From a virus: a DNA stretch of 64,000 nucleotides. The notes under the pieces are model-generated. The model saw only the letters and a program-made list of their open reading frames with translations. It ran no database searches and was not told the DNA's origin. Positions 26,728 to 36,663 of this stretch are shown piece by piece. The DNA lies in the IMG/VR virus record IMGVR_UViG_3300045988_180190; one strand, written 5' to 3'. Both the position numbers and the translations under genes were made by a program. Numbering within the stretch: position 1 is the first letter of the stretch; every line of letters starts with the position of its first letter.

Positions 26728-28389
26728 TTAAACGTCAATAAAAAAGTTCAAAGTCTTTGTTATACCTAAAGTCTTATCCATTACAAAACATATCTGCCTA
26801 GGACGACTACTTAAATTTAAATTGTCGGCGTACTCATCAGAAGGCGTTAATGTAGGTAATTGGATGAACTCAAATGAAGACATTTCCTTCTGATTATAGT
26901 GGTGGCGATCCCCCATAAAGAAATATCTATTAATTATTGGTCCCCTAAACTTAGACACCTTATCTAATAAAAGCTTCTGAACATAATTTTCTTTGCTCTT
27001 ATCGTCATTCGGAACTTTGCTAGGGAATCTTGCAGCTGCGCCATGCTCTATAACGCATGCGTTGCATCCAAGTTGAAACATTAACCATCGCGATGAAGAA
27101 ATTTCAAAGTCTATTATATCTTTAAACATCTGCTCGAGACATGTAAATAAAACCCAGTCTCCGAATGAATCATGATTACCGCTAACTGCATAAACCTTTA
27201 TTCTGGAAGTCCCTTTCCATATTGAGGACAGCTGCTGTAAGAAATAGGAAATGGACTCCAATGCAATCTTGAATTGAGTTACGCCCTTGGGATTTGTAAT
27301 AAGTTGAGTTCCTTTATCTGTAAAACCAGTAATAGAATGTAGGATATCCCCCAAGGATAAAACAATACAATTTTTCGGCTTAACCCTCATATTTTGAAGT
27401 TCAGATATAATCTGTGCAATATAGCTGTCTACAGCCTGCTTTGTACTATCAATAGTCCAGTCCTTTTCGGAATAAAAAACATTGTTCTTATCTGAAAATG
27501 AACCAAAATGAACATCGGATAGAGTAGCTACGAATGTCTGATCCTCATTAAATGTTGAATCACCTTGAGTAGAAATGCAACTAGAGGGAATATCTGAGGG
27601 CAAAACCTTGGGGAGTTTAAGAGTGGATAGTACATCCTTAATTGGGTTATAGACGCACTGCTCAAATTGAATCCACTTATTCGCATTTAACTGGATCTCT
27701 TTCCACTGTTGGTGGTTATATTTTTCAGCTACCCTAAATTTGCGTAAAGAAGCTAAATCCTCTACAACTTTATCGTCATCATTTATTTCTGACAAATAGG
27801 AAGATGTTACTGGAAGAGAATTGTGTCTAAACCTTAGCTTATGAAGAACCTTTTCTAGTATGAAGGTGGGTATCTTATGTTTTAAAGCTATCTCAGCAAC
27901 TGTTTGGGGGTTATTGTCAAAATTTGAGTAGTCTTGGAGAATAGCGAGAAGTTGTGTCTTCTTAATTGTTATTACATTAGCGATATTAGATACATTAGTA
28001 AAATCAAACACATAATCGTCTGTATATCGATTATACAGTACGCCTTCGGCTTCAACTATGTAACCTCCATCATCTTTTTCACCCGAAGGTTTATTTGTTT
28101 CGTCAATTTCCTCAACTTCTCCACGCTTAATGAGTCTGGGATCAGTGGTTGACCACATATCCATAAAAGACTTATAAGAACCCCAATGTGTTTCTATATA
28201 AGTGCAAGAGGGTAGAATATTGTTATATTCTTTTCTAAGCTCCCTATATTTACGTCTGGGTATATATGTTTTTGTTGCTAAAAAACCAATTTCAGGATAC
28301 TTCAAACATATTGTACCCTTAATTTGAGCAATAATTGATATTAATTCTTTTCTCCTTTTATTATTCATCATTGTTTTAGTGTTGTACAT
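26728..28389 (-). CDS. calcineurin-like metallophosphoesterase (SbcD/Mre11-like C-terminal domain)
   Basis: LSDVHFG, LGDILH and SGNHDSFG motifs in order. Confidence 0.7.
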   Translation of the reverse strand: MYNTKTMMNNKRRKELISIIAQIKGTICLKYPEIGFLATKTYIPRRKYRELRKEYNNILPSCTYIETHWGSYKSFMDMWSTTDPRLIKRGEVEEIDETNKPSGEKDDGGYIVEAEGVLYNRYTDDYVFDFTNVSNIANVITIKKTQLLAILQDYSNFDNNPQTVAEIALKHKIPTFILEKVLHKLRFRHNSLPVTSSYLSEINDDDKVVEDLASLRKFRVAEKYNHQQWKEIQLNANKWIQFEQCVYNPIKDVLSTLKLPKVLPSDIPSSCISTQGDSTFNEDQTFVATLSDVHFGSFSDKNNVFYSEKDWTIDSTKQAVDSYIAQIISELQNMRVKPKNCIVLSLGDILHSITGFTDKGTQLITNPKGVTQFKIALESISYFLQQLSSIWKGTSRIKVYAVSGNHDSFGDWVLFTCLEQMFKDIIDFEISSSRWLMFQLGCNACVIEHGAAARFPSKVPNDDKSKENYVQKLLLDKVSKFRGPIINRYFFMGDRHHYNQKEMSSFEFIQLPTLTPSDEYADNLNLSSRPRQICFVMDKTLGITKTLNFFIDV

Positions 28390-28395
28390 GGTTAA

Positions 28396-29553
28396 TTATT
28401 CTGGAAATTTTACAATATTATCTTCAATCTCGTCAGGGGTCATCCATACCTTCCTACCCGTTTTCCTATCCCTAAGCAAAGTGTACATTTTACCGTTTTT
28501 CCCCAACCTGGTCATAGAAGCTAAACGTACGTCTACACCAATCTTTTCTGAATTTCCCGTCCAGTAAGGAATTCCATCTGGTCCATATCGCACTACGAAC
28601 ATTCCACCCGATATTTTTAGACACCATACTTTTCCTGTAAACGATTTTGTGTAGCAGTTATCTGAAGTAAAACGTAGTTCCTCCTTGCATATATCTTGTT
28701 GGACTGAAAATAAAAATGTATTATCGGATGCTCTAGCTGTAATATCCTTAGCTAATATAACCTCATAATTTAAATCCTTTGCTAAATCCGGAGTTGTTAC
28801 TAAGATGCGATGATCCGGTGTAGTTTCCTGAAATATGATTCCGTTGTCTATACCCACGATATTACCCACGTAATCTTTAAGGATAATCTCTTCGGGCTCT
28901 GTAAATCCAATAAGCTTAGAGTCATGTTTCCAAAATCCTATCTTATCGCTAAGTGTAATATCCTTTATAGATTTAAAACCAAATTCAGTTAATACCTCAT
29001 ACAATGGATTAAATACTATACATTCCGGACCTACCACAGCGTCAATAACTCCAAACTGACTTGGATGCACATTTTGCGCTTCTTCTGAGACCAAATCAGA
29101 GGAGGACACACCCCCAGGACCAAAAACTGTCACGCGTGACTGCTGATCCATATTATATATGGGGTTAATTTCCTCAGAAGGAAGAGAGAGTGGATTTCCT
29201 ATTATATGCCCTGTAGCATATGAGTCAAATGCACCCGTTGGAAAATATTTTAAACTTTTAGTTTTGTTTAGCTTAGACATAAGCATATTCCTAACCTTAC
29301 CAGCGTCTAAGCGTACTCTTTCGGCTATCAGGTCATCGGGCCCAAGAATTTTTTTAAATCTCAGTGAGTCTCTTTCATCTGAATCAGTTTCACCTCGGTT
29401 TATTGCTAGTAATTTTTGAGTTGCCTTAATAAGTGACCCTACACCTACAGAAGCGCGTCTTGTATTCTTGTCCATCTCAGCAACTTGAATCTTCGGAAAC
29501 GGAGAAGACGCTAATTTTATTTTACCTATGTTATTCATTTTTTTAATTTTCAC
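28396..29553 (-). CDS. RNA polymerase beta subunit, middle fragment, intein-containing
   Basis: VFGPGGVSS..EAQNVHPSQFGVIDAVVGPE[intein]SEKIG parallels GPGGL..RDVH.SHYGR.CPIETPEGPNIG. Confidence 0.8.
   Translation of the reverse strand: MKIKKMNNIGKIKLASSPFPKIQVAEMDKNTRRASVGVGSLIKATQKLLAINRGETDSDERDSLRFKKILGPDDLIAERVRLDAGKVRNMLMSKLNKTKSLKYFPTGAFDSYATGHIIGNPLSLPSEEINPIYNMDQQSRVTVFGPGGVSSSDLVSEEAQNVHPSQFGVIDAVVGPECIVFNPLYEVLTEFGFKSIKDITLSDKIGFWKHDSKLIGFTEPEEIILKDYVGNIVGIDNGIIFQETTPDHRILVTTPDLAKDLNYEVILAKDITARASDNTFLFSVQQDICKEELRFTSDNCYTKSFTGKVWCLKISGGMFVVRYGPDGIPYWTGNSEKIGVDVRLASMTRLGKNGKMYTLLRDRKTGRKVWMTPDEIEDNIVKFPE
28552..29022 (-). mobile_element. mini-intein (157 aa) in the beta ETPEG motif
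   Basis: Starts at Cys178 (CIVFNPLYEVLTEFGFK). Block B is TTPDHRILV. Ends WTGN followed by Ser335. Confidence 0.8.
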
Positions 29554-29567
29554 CGTTAGCTATAATC

Positions 29568-30734
29568 TTACTGTAGGTATTGCTTTGCCTGTCTTCCAAT
29601 ATCGTCATACCCCATGGCATTCGTTTGAAAATTCGGAGTAAATCCCTGTGTTCTGGACCATTCGTCGAATAGTTTTGTGTAAACCGATTGTTGTTGGTCT
29701 CTAGGGGCTTGCTCTATCTGACTTACTAGTTGGGGATTTTCATTTAGATATTGTTGAAAACCTTGGTCTAACATACTATCGTATATTGCTTTACTATTAT
29801 CGTCCCCAAACAACCAATCCTGCGTATATCTTTTTACATCAGGATTATAAGCCAAAAAGTTTCTATAGTTCATATCGTTTTTATATGTCTGAGTTGGGGC
29901 TGTAGCAAACATGTCACCTCCAAACATAGAGCCGGTTAACGCTGCATTCCAAGCACGAGACCCCATAGATTGTCCTTTTCGAAAAACATCTACTGGAGAC
30001 TTTAACAGTGCCAATGGGTTAAGATAATAATGCACTAGATCATCTCCTATACCTCCCATAAACTTGGTAGTACCACCAACTGCTCTATTGACAAAATTAC
30101 CTGCGGTATTTCCTAATAGTCTGGGAGCCACCCTCCCTAACATACCGGCACCCGCTCTAGAAGCTAAGGATGTAGCCCCCCTAGCAAAAAATCCGCCTGT
30201 GCCACCAGTAGCCGCAATTGCAGCACCTGCGACAGCTCCTTTTGCACCTTTAGAGTATGTCTCATTTTGTAAATTTGATGCATCCCTAGCTGCATTTTGA
30301 GCCATCAAATCTCGGTCGTAGTAACCCTTATACTGATTTAGCCCAGAGGCATAATAAGCTAATTCCGGGTGCTCCTGTAACATTCTCTGTACCTTAGAAT
30401 GTGCCCCTATTCCCAAAGCATTTCGTACCCCCTGATATGCAGCCCTAGGAGCATTTCCAAGCATTCCAGCAGTCTGCCACCCCGTGTTAACCACGCCTTT
30501 TCCAAATCTCTTTAGCCAATTGTCTTTCTTTGGATCAACCTCAAAGACATTACCATCAGACATGTAATTAGTATTAAAATTCTCTAGTGCAAGTTCATCA
30601 ACATTTTGCTTAAAACTACGCACCAAATCTTTATTTTTTTGACCCCAAGCTTCAGCATCTTCTGCGGTAATAGTTTTAGGAGTGTAAAATTGTGGTGTAT
30701 TAGCAAATTTTTTAAACTGTGATATTCTTAACAT
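29568..30734 (-). CDS. glycine-rich protein between two RNAP fragments
   Basis: GAKGAVAGAAIAATGGTGGFFARGATSLASRAGAGMLG. Confidence 0.6.
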   Translation of the reverse strand: MLRISQFKKFANTPQFYTPKTITAEDAEAWGQKNKDLVRSFKQNVDELALENFNTNYMSDGNVFEVDPKKDNWLKRFGKGVVNTGWQTAGMLGNAPRAAYQGVRNALGIGAHSKVQRMLQEHPELAYYASGLNQYKGYYDRDLMAQNAARDASNLQNETYSKGAKGAVAGAAIAATGGTGGFFARGATSLASRAGAGMLGRVAPRLLGNTAGNFVNRAVGGTTKFMGGIGDDLVHYYLNPLALLKSPVDVFRKGQSMGSRAWNAALTGSMFGGDMFATAPTQTYKNDMNYRNFLAYNPDVKRYTQDWLFGDDNSKAIYDSMLDQGFQQYLNENPQLVSQIEQAPRDQQQSVYTKLFDEWSRTQGFTPNFQTNAMGYDDIGRQAKQYLQ

Positions 30735-30736
30735 AA

Positions 30737-31516
30737 TTAACCTAAATTTTTCAACTTTATATCCTCGTCAACCTGTTGACTATCAAAAGCCGACTTAAGA
30801 CCCTGAATCATTTCTTCTCTATTGGTAGCCGTCGCCATGCGTCTAGGAACTAGTTTACTATACACCTTGGTTAAAGCTCTAGGGTCATACTTACGCCTAT
30901 TTCTAATAAGAATATCGTCTCCCCAGGCCTTAGAAAGCTCATCATCAGATACTCCTAAATCGTGAAGCAGTGAATACAGGTTAGTACTAGACTGGCCTAT
31001 GTTTAGCTTATAAACTCCAGTTGCAGGATCTAAAGATATTCTATATCCATTTCCAGTGCCACGCTCTATATTAAATTGAGACTCTAGCTCTCCATTAGAT
31101 TTTCTTCTAGAATATATTCCGGGGCGCAATCTTAATTGTCTTAAAGTATTATACTCGTTTCCGTTATGGATAAAAGTTCCCCTCTCGGTATAATATGGTA
31201 CACGCATTAATGTTTTTCCCTTTACGGAATCTAAAAGTTTACCAGTGGTAGAATCGTATAAATAAAGATCCCCCTTCACAGGGTTAGATAAATACTGGTT
31301 ATTTAGTAATGCTTGTTTTTGCTCTTTAAATGTATATCTCTTTGGATTAGCTATACTTACATTCTTAACCTCAAGGCGAACCCCGCCATATTCCAATGGA
31401 AAACTATCCTGTAAGGCTGACTGTACCTTGGACTCTAGAGATGACCTTACATAATTACTATCATCTACTGAATAGGTCTCTCTTTGCAACGTAGTCTTAT
31501 CATCATCGTAAATCAT
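30737..31516 (-). CDS. RNA polymerase beta subunit, N-terminal fragment
   Basis: RGTFIHNGNEYNTLRQLRLRPGIY parallels G.FIINGAERV.VSQL.RSPGVY. Confidence 0.7.
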   Translation of the reverse strand: MIYDDDKTTLQRETYSVDDSNYVRSSLESKVQSALQDSFPLEYGGVRLEVKNVSIANPKRYTFKEQKQALLNNQYLSNPVKGDLYLYDSTTGKLLDSVKGKTLMRVPYYTERGTFIHNGNEYNTLRQLRLRPGIYSRRKSNGELESQFNIERGTGNGYRISLDPATGVYKLNIGQSSTNLYSLLHDLGVSDDELSKAWGDDILIRNRRKYDPRALTKVYSKLVPRRMATATNREEMIQGLKSAFDSQQVDEDIKLKNLG

Positions 31517-31565
31517 ATTTTTAAACTACGTCCAATAAATCAAAATTAAAATACCAACGCAAGAA

Positions 31566-31595
31566 AAATCTTGACCCCAGGAGGGGCCAAGATTT
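31566..31595 (-). terminator. hairpin terminator
   Basis: AAATCTTGGCCCC-tcct-GGGGTCAAGATTT followed by T-rich sequence (minus strand). Confidence 0.7.
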
Positions 31596-31624
31596 TAGAT
31601 ACAGCGAATTGTAAAATACTTAGA

Positions 31625-32422
31625 CTAAAGCTTCTTTATATAGTATAAGTTTCCTCTAATTTCGGATACAATTGCACGAGGGTCTTTGATAAAGTCCATT
31701 GTGCGAATTTTTGATTGCTTGACCAGAGTTGAAAACTTTGATCTTATAGCCTCAGCCTCATAGTCGGAAACAGAAGAATCTTTAAACTCTATAGAGAAAT
31801 CTTTATTATCCCCAAGGGACAATATTACTAGATCATGCAGTGCAGTATCTTTTACGTTTGACAAATCTCCCGATGAGCTATCGCTTTTGCGGATATGGCT
31901 CATAAACGATGTGTTAGCCCCAAAATTTCTTTCAAGCTTATGGAGTGTCTTTAGAGCGTCTGGATCCTCTTGATCTTCTACCCACTTTATATTCGAATAT
32001 AGGCGATTCTCGGGAGAATCCATATCATGAACAACAGGGTCTACAATAATATCATAGGCTATACCATTGACATCGAATTTAACTTTCATTGGATTTGTAG
32101 CCATATATAATTGATGATCCACTATGGCATCCCAAAGCTCGTCCGTCGCGGGAACAGTGATTTCCAAGGTGCTATTGTCATTTGTACGTACCACAATGGG
32201 AATACCAATGCGCCTAATCACTTGAGGTATAAAGGTAGAACCTCCAAAAATGGATCCGCTTTTATTCTCAAGCATACGTGTAACCCCAACTGGATGCCCT
32301 AGCCTTACGATTTTTACTTCCTTGCTCTTAAAATTAGTATAGCAAGGAATCGTTTCTGTTGGGTGAAGCCTTTTATCTATTTGTGTATTATAAGTATCTG
32401 ATACCTGAACTTTTTGATTCAT
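31625..32422 (-). CDS. hypothetical protein
   Basis: 265-aa ORF. Confidence 0.6.
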   Translation of the reverse strand: MNQKVQVSDTYNTQIDKRLHPTETIPCYTNFKSKEVKIVRLGHPVGVTRMLENKSGSIFGGSTFIPQVIRRIGIPIVVRTNDNSTLEITVPATDELWDAIVDHQLYMATNPMKVKFDVNGIAYDIIVDPVVHDMDSPENRLYSNIKWVEDQEDPDALKTLHKLERNFGANTSFMSHIRKSDSSSGDLSNVKDTALHDLVILSLGDNKDFSIEFKDSSVSDYEAEAIRSKFSTLVKQSKIRTMDFIKDPRAIVSEIRGNLYYIKKL

Positions 32423-32598
32423 TGATTTGTCCTTTAGTTAACTTGTTGTTTAATGTTAAGTTTTTTATAAGCTATGTTAATTTTAAATGCCTTGTAGCAT
32501 AAAAACATTTGGTTCAAATTTAGTGGAAGTAACACTATCGTCCACCAAAAACTTTATTTTACTATTATCCACAGTACTATTATTTAAAACTACCATAT

Positions 32599-33138
32599 CT
32601 AGCTAAGTTTTTCTCCTTTAGCTATACGGTCCTTTAATTTTTGGTCATATAATATCTCCTCTATAAGAGGGAGTGCTATAACTTCTCCCTGTTTTTTATT
32701 AGCTAAATCGAAATTTTCAGGATGGCAAGAAGGGCATTGAAGCAAATGATAACATTTACCAGGCTCAAAGGTAAACCCATTTTTAGGATTTATCCCCGGT
32801 TCCATGGCTTGTTTGAACTCCTTACATCCTACACAAACTAACTTCCATAGTTTATTAGATACTACTGTATGCCAACAGTCTTTACATAAGTAAGCTACAA
32901 CTCCCTTTACCACAGGGGTATCAAATATAATTAACTCAGAAGCTGGAACTAATTTGCCACAGGACTTACATTTGTATTTCCCGTCATGCACATTTTCCAC
33001 TCCGAATAAATTAATGGCATCATTCTTATCCTTAATATTATCTGCCAAAGCCTCCAATCCCTTGGAAGCTTTGGACAGTTCTCCCAGTAAATCTTTATTT
33101 ATATTTTCTACGTTTGGCATTTTAACTATGCGTTTCAA
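32599..33138 (-). CDS. zinc-ribbon protein
   Basis: Four CxxC pairs (CKSC, CKDC, CVGC, CPSC). Confidence 0.6.
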   Translation of the reverse strand: MKRIVKMPNVENINKDLLGELSKASKGLEALADNIKDKNDAINLFGVENVHDGKYKCKSCGKLVPASELIIFDTPVVKGVVAYLCKDCWHTVVSNKLWKLVCVGCKEFKQAMEPGINPKNGFTFEPGKCYHLLQCPSCHPENFDLANKKQGEVIALPLIEEILYDQKLKDRIAKGEKLS

Positions 33139-34918
33139 AATATTCGTCTAGATATTGTGATTTCTCAGAATCAGGTATATCCACGAAATTTTTTACTTCG
33201 TCAAGCTTTAATTTCTTTTTTTCTCTTTCTTCTGCGATTTTATCCTTATTAAAAAGTGACATATCGCCTATTATTTTAATAGGGGCACTTCTGGGTGGAG
33301 GTTGATAGTCTATTAATCCCAGTGACTTAAAATTTTTTAAATTAGTCGCTACAGAGCTAGTGCTAGACAACCCAAGTTCCTCTGCTAAATACTCTAAATC
33401 CACATCGTAGCATGATAACTCCGGATTTTCTATACCTACCAAATCAATCTTTTCTTTATAGGTAAGAAATTTTTTACCAATACCCTGAGTATCATCATCT
33501 GGATAATTTAGAAATTTAATCCTCGTTTCTGTGGGCTTGTCTGCACGATCAATAATTTTAAATCCTTTTAAAGCCTCACTAATACTACCAATACACAATG
33601 GATGTACTCCTATAGCGTCTGCAAGTTCTTTTAGAGTAGCCTCTACGGTATGTGTAGAGGGATTCTCTCTCTGCTTTAAAGCTTTAAAGAACTTGTAATA
33701 ATACTGTATATCTGGAAACGCATTACTGATAAAATTTAGCTGAACATTGAGAGTTTTATAATCCGCAATTAAAATACAATCGCAGTCACACCCATTACGA
33801 CCTCCTCTACCAAACTCTTGAATTAACTCTTCTAGACTACCAGGAAAAGATCTTATTATAATTTTTCCTATATCTGCCTTATTTATCCCCATACCAAAGG
33901 CATTGGTGGCAAAGGCTACACGAATATTCCCATTAATAAAGTTAGTTTGATTAGACTTTCGGTGGGAAGAAGACATTTTTCCTGTATACATCATTGCACC
34001 ACCCACTACCGAAGGTCCATACACATGATATAAGTCTTCAACCATATTTATAGTTGAACAATATACAATAGACGGAACTAGGGGTGCTTTATTGATTTCT
34101 CTAAAAATCCAGTCATCCACTAGATTTGAGTCAAGAGTTACAGACCTAAAATGTAAATTAGGTCTTGGGTAAGATTTAACTAACTTAGGCGTATCTTTCA
34201 AATTATAGATTTCTCTAATAGACCTCTCAACGTCATCGGACATCGTAGCGGTCTGCCCTAAAAATAATTTAGGACAAACGCGTTCTACAAAAGGTGCTAT
34301 TTTCTTATACGAAGACCTAAATGAAGTCGCTTGCTCGTAAGCGCAATGGATCTCGTCCACCACGATAAAATCAGGTGGAACTCTATCCATTAACTCTAAA
34401 AACTTTTTATTTTGCAATCTTTCTGGCGCCACAAATAAAAAGTCTAAAGCTCCATGCTCCCACTCAGCTAAAGCTCTATTAGACTCTGCTAAAGAAACAC
34501 CAGAAGATATTACTCCAACTTTAACCCCTCTTTGCATTAATTCTTTCCATTGATCCTGAATTAGCGCAACGAGAGGAAAAAACACAACTGTTTTATACCC
34601 CATGGCTAATGCTGGGGCTATATAGCAAAAAGATTTACCAGAAGATGTACTAGACACCAATAATAAATCTTGTCCTTTCAGCAAATGAACAATAGGTTCT
34701 ACTTGGTTGGGTCGCAGAGAGGGATACTCAAAAACATCTAAAACCTTTTGCAAATTACGCATATAGGTTGATAAGTCATGATGAGTTCTATCTAGTGAAG
34801 ATAGTATTCTCCGCTTCTCAAAAATAGAAATTTTTGTATTTGCGTTTTGGGTAGATGGGTTAGCAATATTTGCTACGCCATCTTTGGATAAGGGTTCAAG
34901 TGAATTAGTCTGATCCAT
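33122..34918 (-). CDS. RecQ-like SF2 DNA helicase
   Basis: SSTSSGKSFCY (motif I), VVDEIHC (II), GQTATMS (III), QEFGRGGRNG (VI, cf. QESGRAGRDG). Confidence 0.75.
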   Translation of the reverse strand: MDQTNSLEPLSKDGVANIANPSTQNANTKISIFEKRRILSSLDRTHHDLSTYMRNLQKVLDVFEYPSLRPNQVEPIVHLLKGQDLLLVSSTSSGKSFCYIAPALAMGYKTVVFFPLVALIQDQWKELMQRGVKVGVISSGVSLAESNRALAEWEHGALDFLFVAPERLQNKKFLELMDRVPPDFIVVDEIHCAYEQATSFRSSYKKIAPFVERVCPKLFLGQTATMSDDVERSIREIYNLKDTPKLVKSYPRPNLHFRSVTLDSNLVDDWIFREINKAPLVPSIVYCSTINMVEDLYHVYGPSVVGGAMMYTGKMSSSHRKSNQTNFINGNIRVAFATNAFGMGINKADIGKIIIRSFPGSLEELIQEFGRGGRNGCDCDCILIADYKTLNVQLNFISNAFPDIQYYYKFFKALKQRENPSTHTVEATLKELADAIGVHPLCIGSISEALKGFKIIDRADKPTETRIKFLNYPDDDTQGIGKKFLTYKEKIDLVGIENPELSCYDVDLEYLAEELGLSSTSSVATNLKNFKSLGLIDYQPPPRSAPIKIIGDMSLFNKDKIAEEREKKKLKLDEVKNFVDIPDSEKSQYLDEYFETHS

Positions 34919-35369
34919 TTATTTGTGTGTAAATAAACCTTTCGTTTTTGTAGTACTTCTTAATAAAATAAAACAGGAACCTGAAGAGATTCGAGATAAG
35001 ATAATACTACTATAATTTTGCTTTGAGGAATGGCTATCATCGTAAAACTAATTTGATGCCCAAAAAAACCTAAAGAGGTAATTGGGATATATTATGCCGC
35101 TAATAATGCTTCATAAAAGGATTTACATTCTACATCCTATTTTCTGATATACTATTTCCAGTGGATAAATTGTCCGGTCGCTTAGAGTCATTCCAATGTT
35201 TTAATAAGCAAAATGGAATTAGTATTACCCCTTCCTTATAAAATTTATAGCATGACCTATAGCGTTTATCAGTAAATATTTGCTGTAGAGTAATCTTATT
35301 TTGGTTTACTAATTCTTCCATATTCTTGTCCAATTTAAAGCTAGGTAAATACGGAATAGATAGCATTAT

Positions 35370-35560
35370 TGAGTAATATGCCCGCAGCAAGCGGGCAAAA
35401 TTAAACAAGGGACACAAGCCCTTACACCCATGAAATAGTATCATGGCTGACATTCTCCAACCACTAAAGTAGTTGGGTTCTCCTAACCTCACGGTTTAGG
35501 TTTTCTGTTTCATCGGCGACTGCATTGGATGCTTCTGCATCCTTTAGTCTTACACCACCT
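35370..35560 (-). ncRNA. putative omega RNA (reRNA) of TnpB
   Basis: Overlaps the tnpB 3' end. Consecutive hairpins at 35428..35446, 35407..35423 and 35379..35397 (GCCCGC-ttgct-GCGGGC). Confidence 0.45.
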
Positions 35561-36663
35561 CCACAGACAAACACGACTTGCCCAGCCGCTAAAATATTTT
35601 TAGCTGCGTTTATATCTCTATCTAATACACTTCCGCAGACTGGACATGTCCAGGACCTTTCGGAAAGCTTTAAGTTTTGTTTGATATAACCGCAGTGATT
35701 GCAAGTTTTAGAGGAAGGAAAAAATCGATCAATGATTTTTAGCTCTCTTCCATACCACTTACATTTGTATTCCAATATATTGCGCAACATACTCCAAGAA
35801 GAATTGGAGATAGCGTGTGCTAACTTATGATTTTTAAGCATATTTTTTACTGCAAGATCTTCCATAACTATCGTTTGGTTTTCACGAATTAGTTTGGTTG
35901 TAATCTTATGTAAATTATCTATACGCTTATTTAAAATTGTTTGATAGCATTTAGCTACCTTGACGTTTGCTTTGGTTCTATTCTTAGAACCTAACTTTTT
36001 GCAAGAAGCCTTACGTTGCAATCTTCGTAATTTATTAAAATCTTTTTTAGTATCCGGATTTTTGAATACTTCCGCATTTGAAGTTGTTATTAAATTGTGC
36101 AGCCCCAAATCCAGACCTACGGATTTATTTGAAACGGGAAGTTTGCAATCTTCATTACGATCTACAGTAATTGAAAAATACCATTCTTGAGAAGGTGTTA
36201 ATCTAACCGTTAAGGAGATTAATTTATCTGTAGGTTTAATTCTCCAATTATCTTTAGATAATTTTAAAGGTTGCTTGGACTTAGCAATATAAACTTGGTT
36301 ATTTTTGATTCTAAACCCCGAAGTAGTAAATCTTGCTGAACTTCCTGAAGATTTCTTTTTAAACTTAGGGTATTTGGCGCGTTTTGCAAAAAAGTTATCA
36401 AACGCTGCGCCTAAATTTTTTATAGCTTGTTGTAAACAAACATTAGATACTTCATTTAACCATGAGTATTCAGGCTGACGTTTCCATTTTGTAAGCTCTT
36501 TCATTAAATCAAACGAACTTAATGATTTGCCTGTTTGCGTAAATGTTGAAGACTTAAGATCAAGACTTTTATTATAGATAAACCTAGCGCATCCCAAGGT
36601 TCTACGTAGAAGAATCTCTTGATCTTTTGTAGGATAAAATCTATGCTTTATAGTCTTTATCAT
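35464..36663 (-). CDS. tnpB: RNA-guided endonuclease TnpB
   Basis: N-terminal HRFYPTKDQEILLRRTLGCARFIYN. RuvC residues in GLDLGLH, IVMEDL and DRDINAAKNI. Zinc finger CNHCG...CPVCG. Confidence 0.95.
   Translation of the reverse strand: MIKTIKHRFYPTKDQEILLRRTLGCARFIYNKSLDLKSSTFTQTGKSLSSFDLMKELTKWKRQPEYSWLNEVSNVCLQQAIKNLGAAFDNFFAKRAKYPKFKKKSSGSSARFTTSGFRIKNNQVYIAKSKQPLKLSKDNWRIKPTDKLISLTVRLTPSQEWYFSITVDRNEDCKLPVSNKSVGLDLGLHNLITTSNAEVFKNPDTKKDFNKLRRLQRKASCKKLGSKNRTKANVKVAKCYQTILNKRIDNLHKITTKLIRENQTIVMEDLAVKNMLKNHKLAHAISNSSWSMLRNILEYKCKWYGRELKIIDRFFPSSKTCNHCGYIKQNLKLSERSWTCPVCGSVLDRDINAAKNILAAGQVVFVCGGGVRLKDAEASNAVADETENLNREVRRTQLL

Noticed and set aside
35130-35492. 120-aa minus-strand ORF overlapping the tnpB 3' end
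   Set aside because: Its 5' part overlaps the hairpins expected for the TnpB omega RNA, and its translation is unconvincing. Only the distal 63 codons (from about 35321) could be a separate small gene, and there is no support for that.
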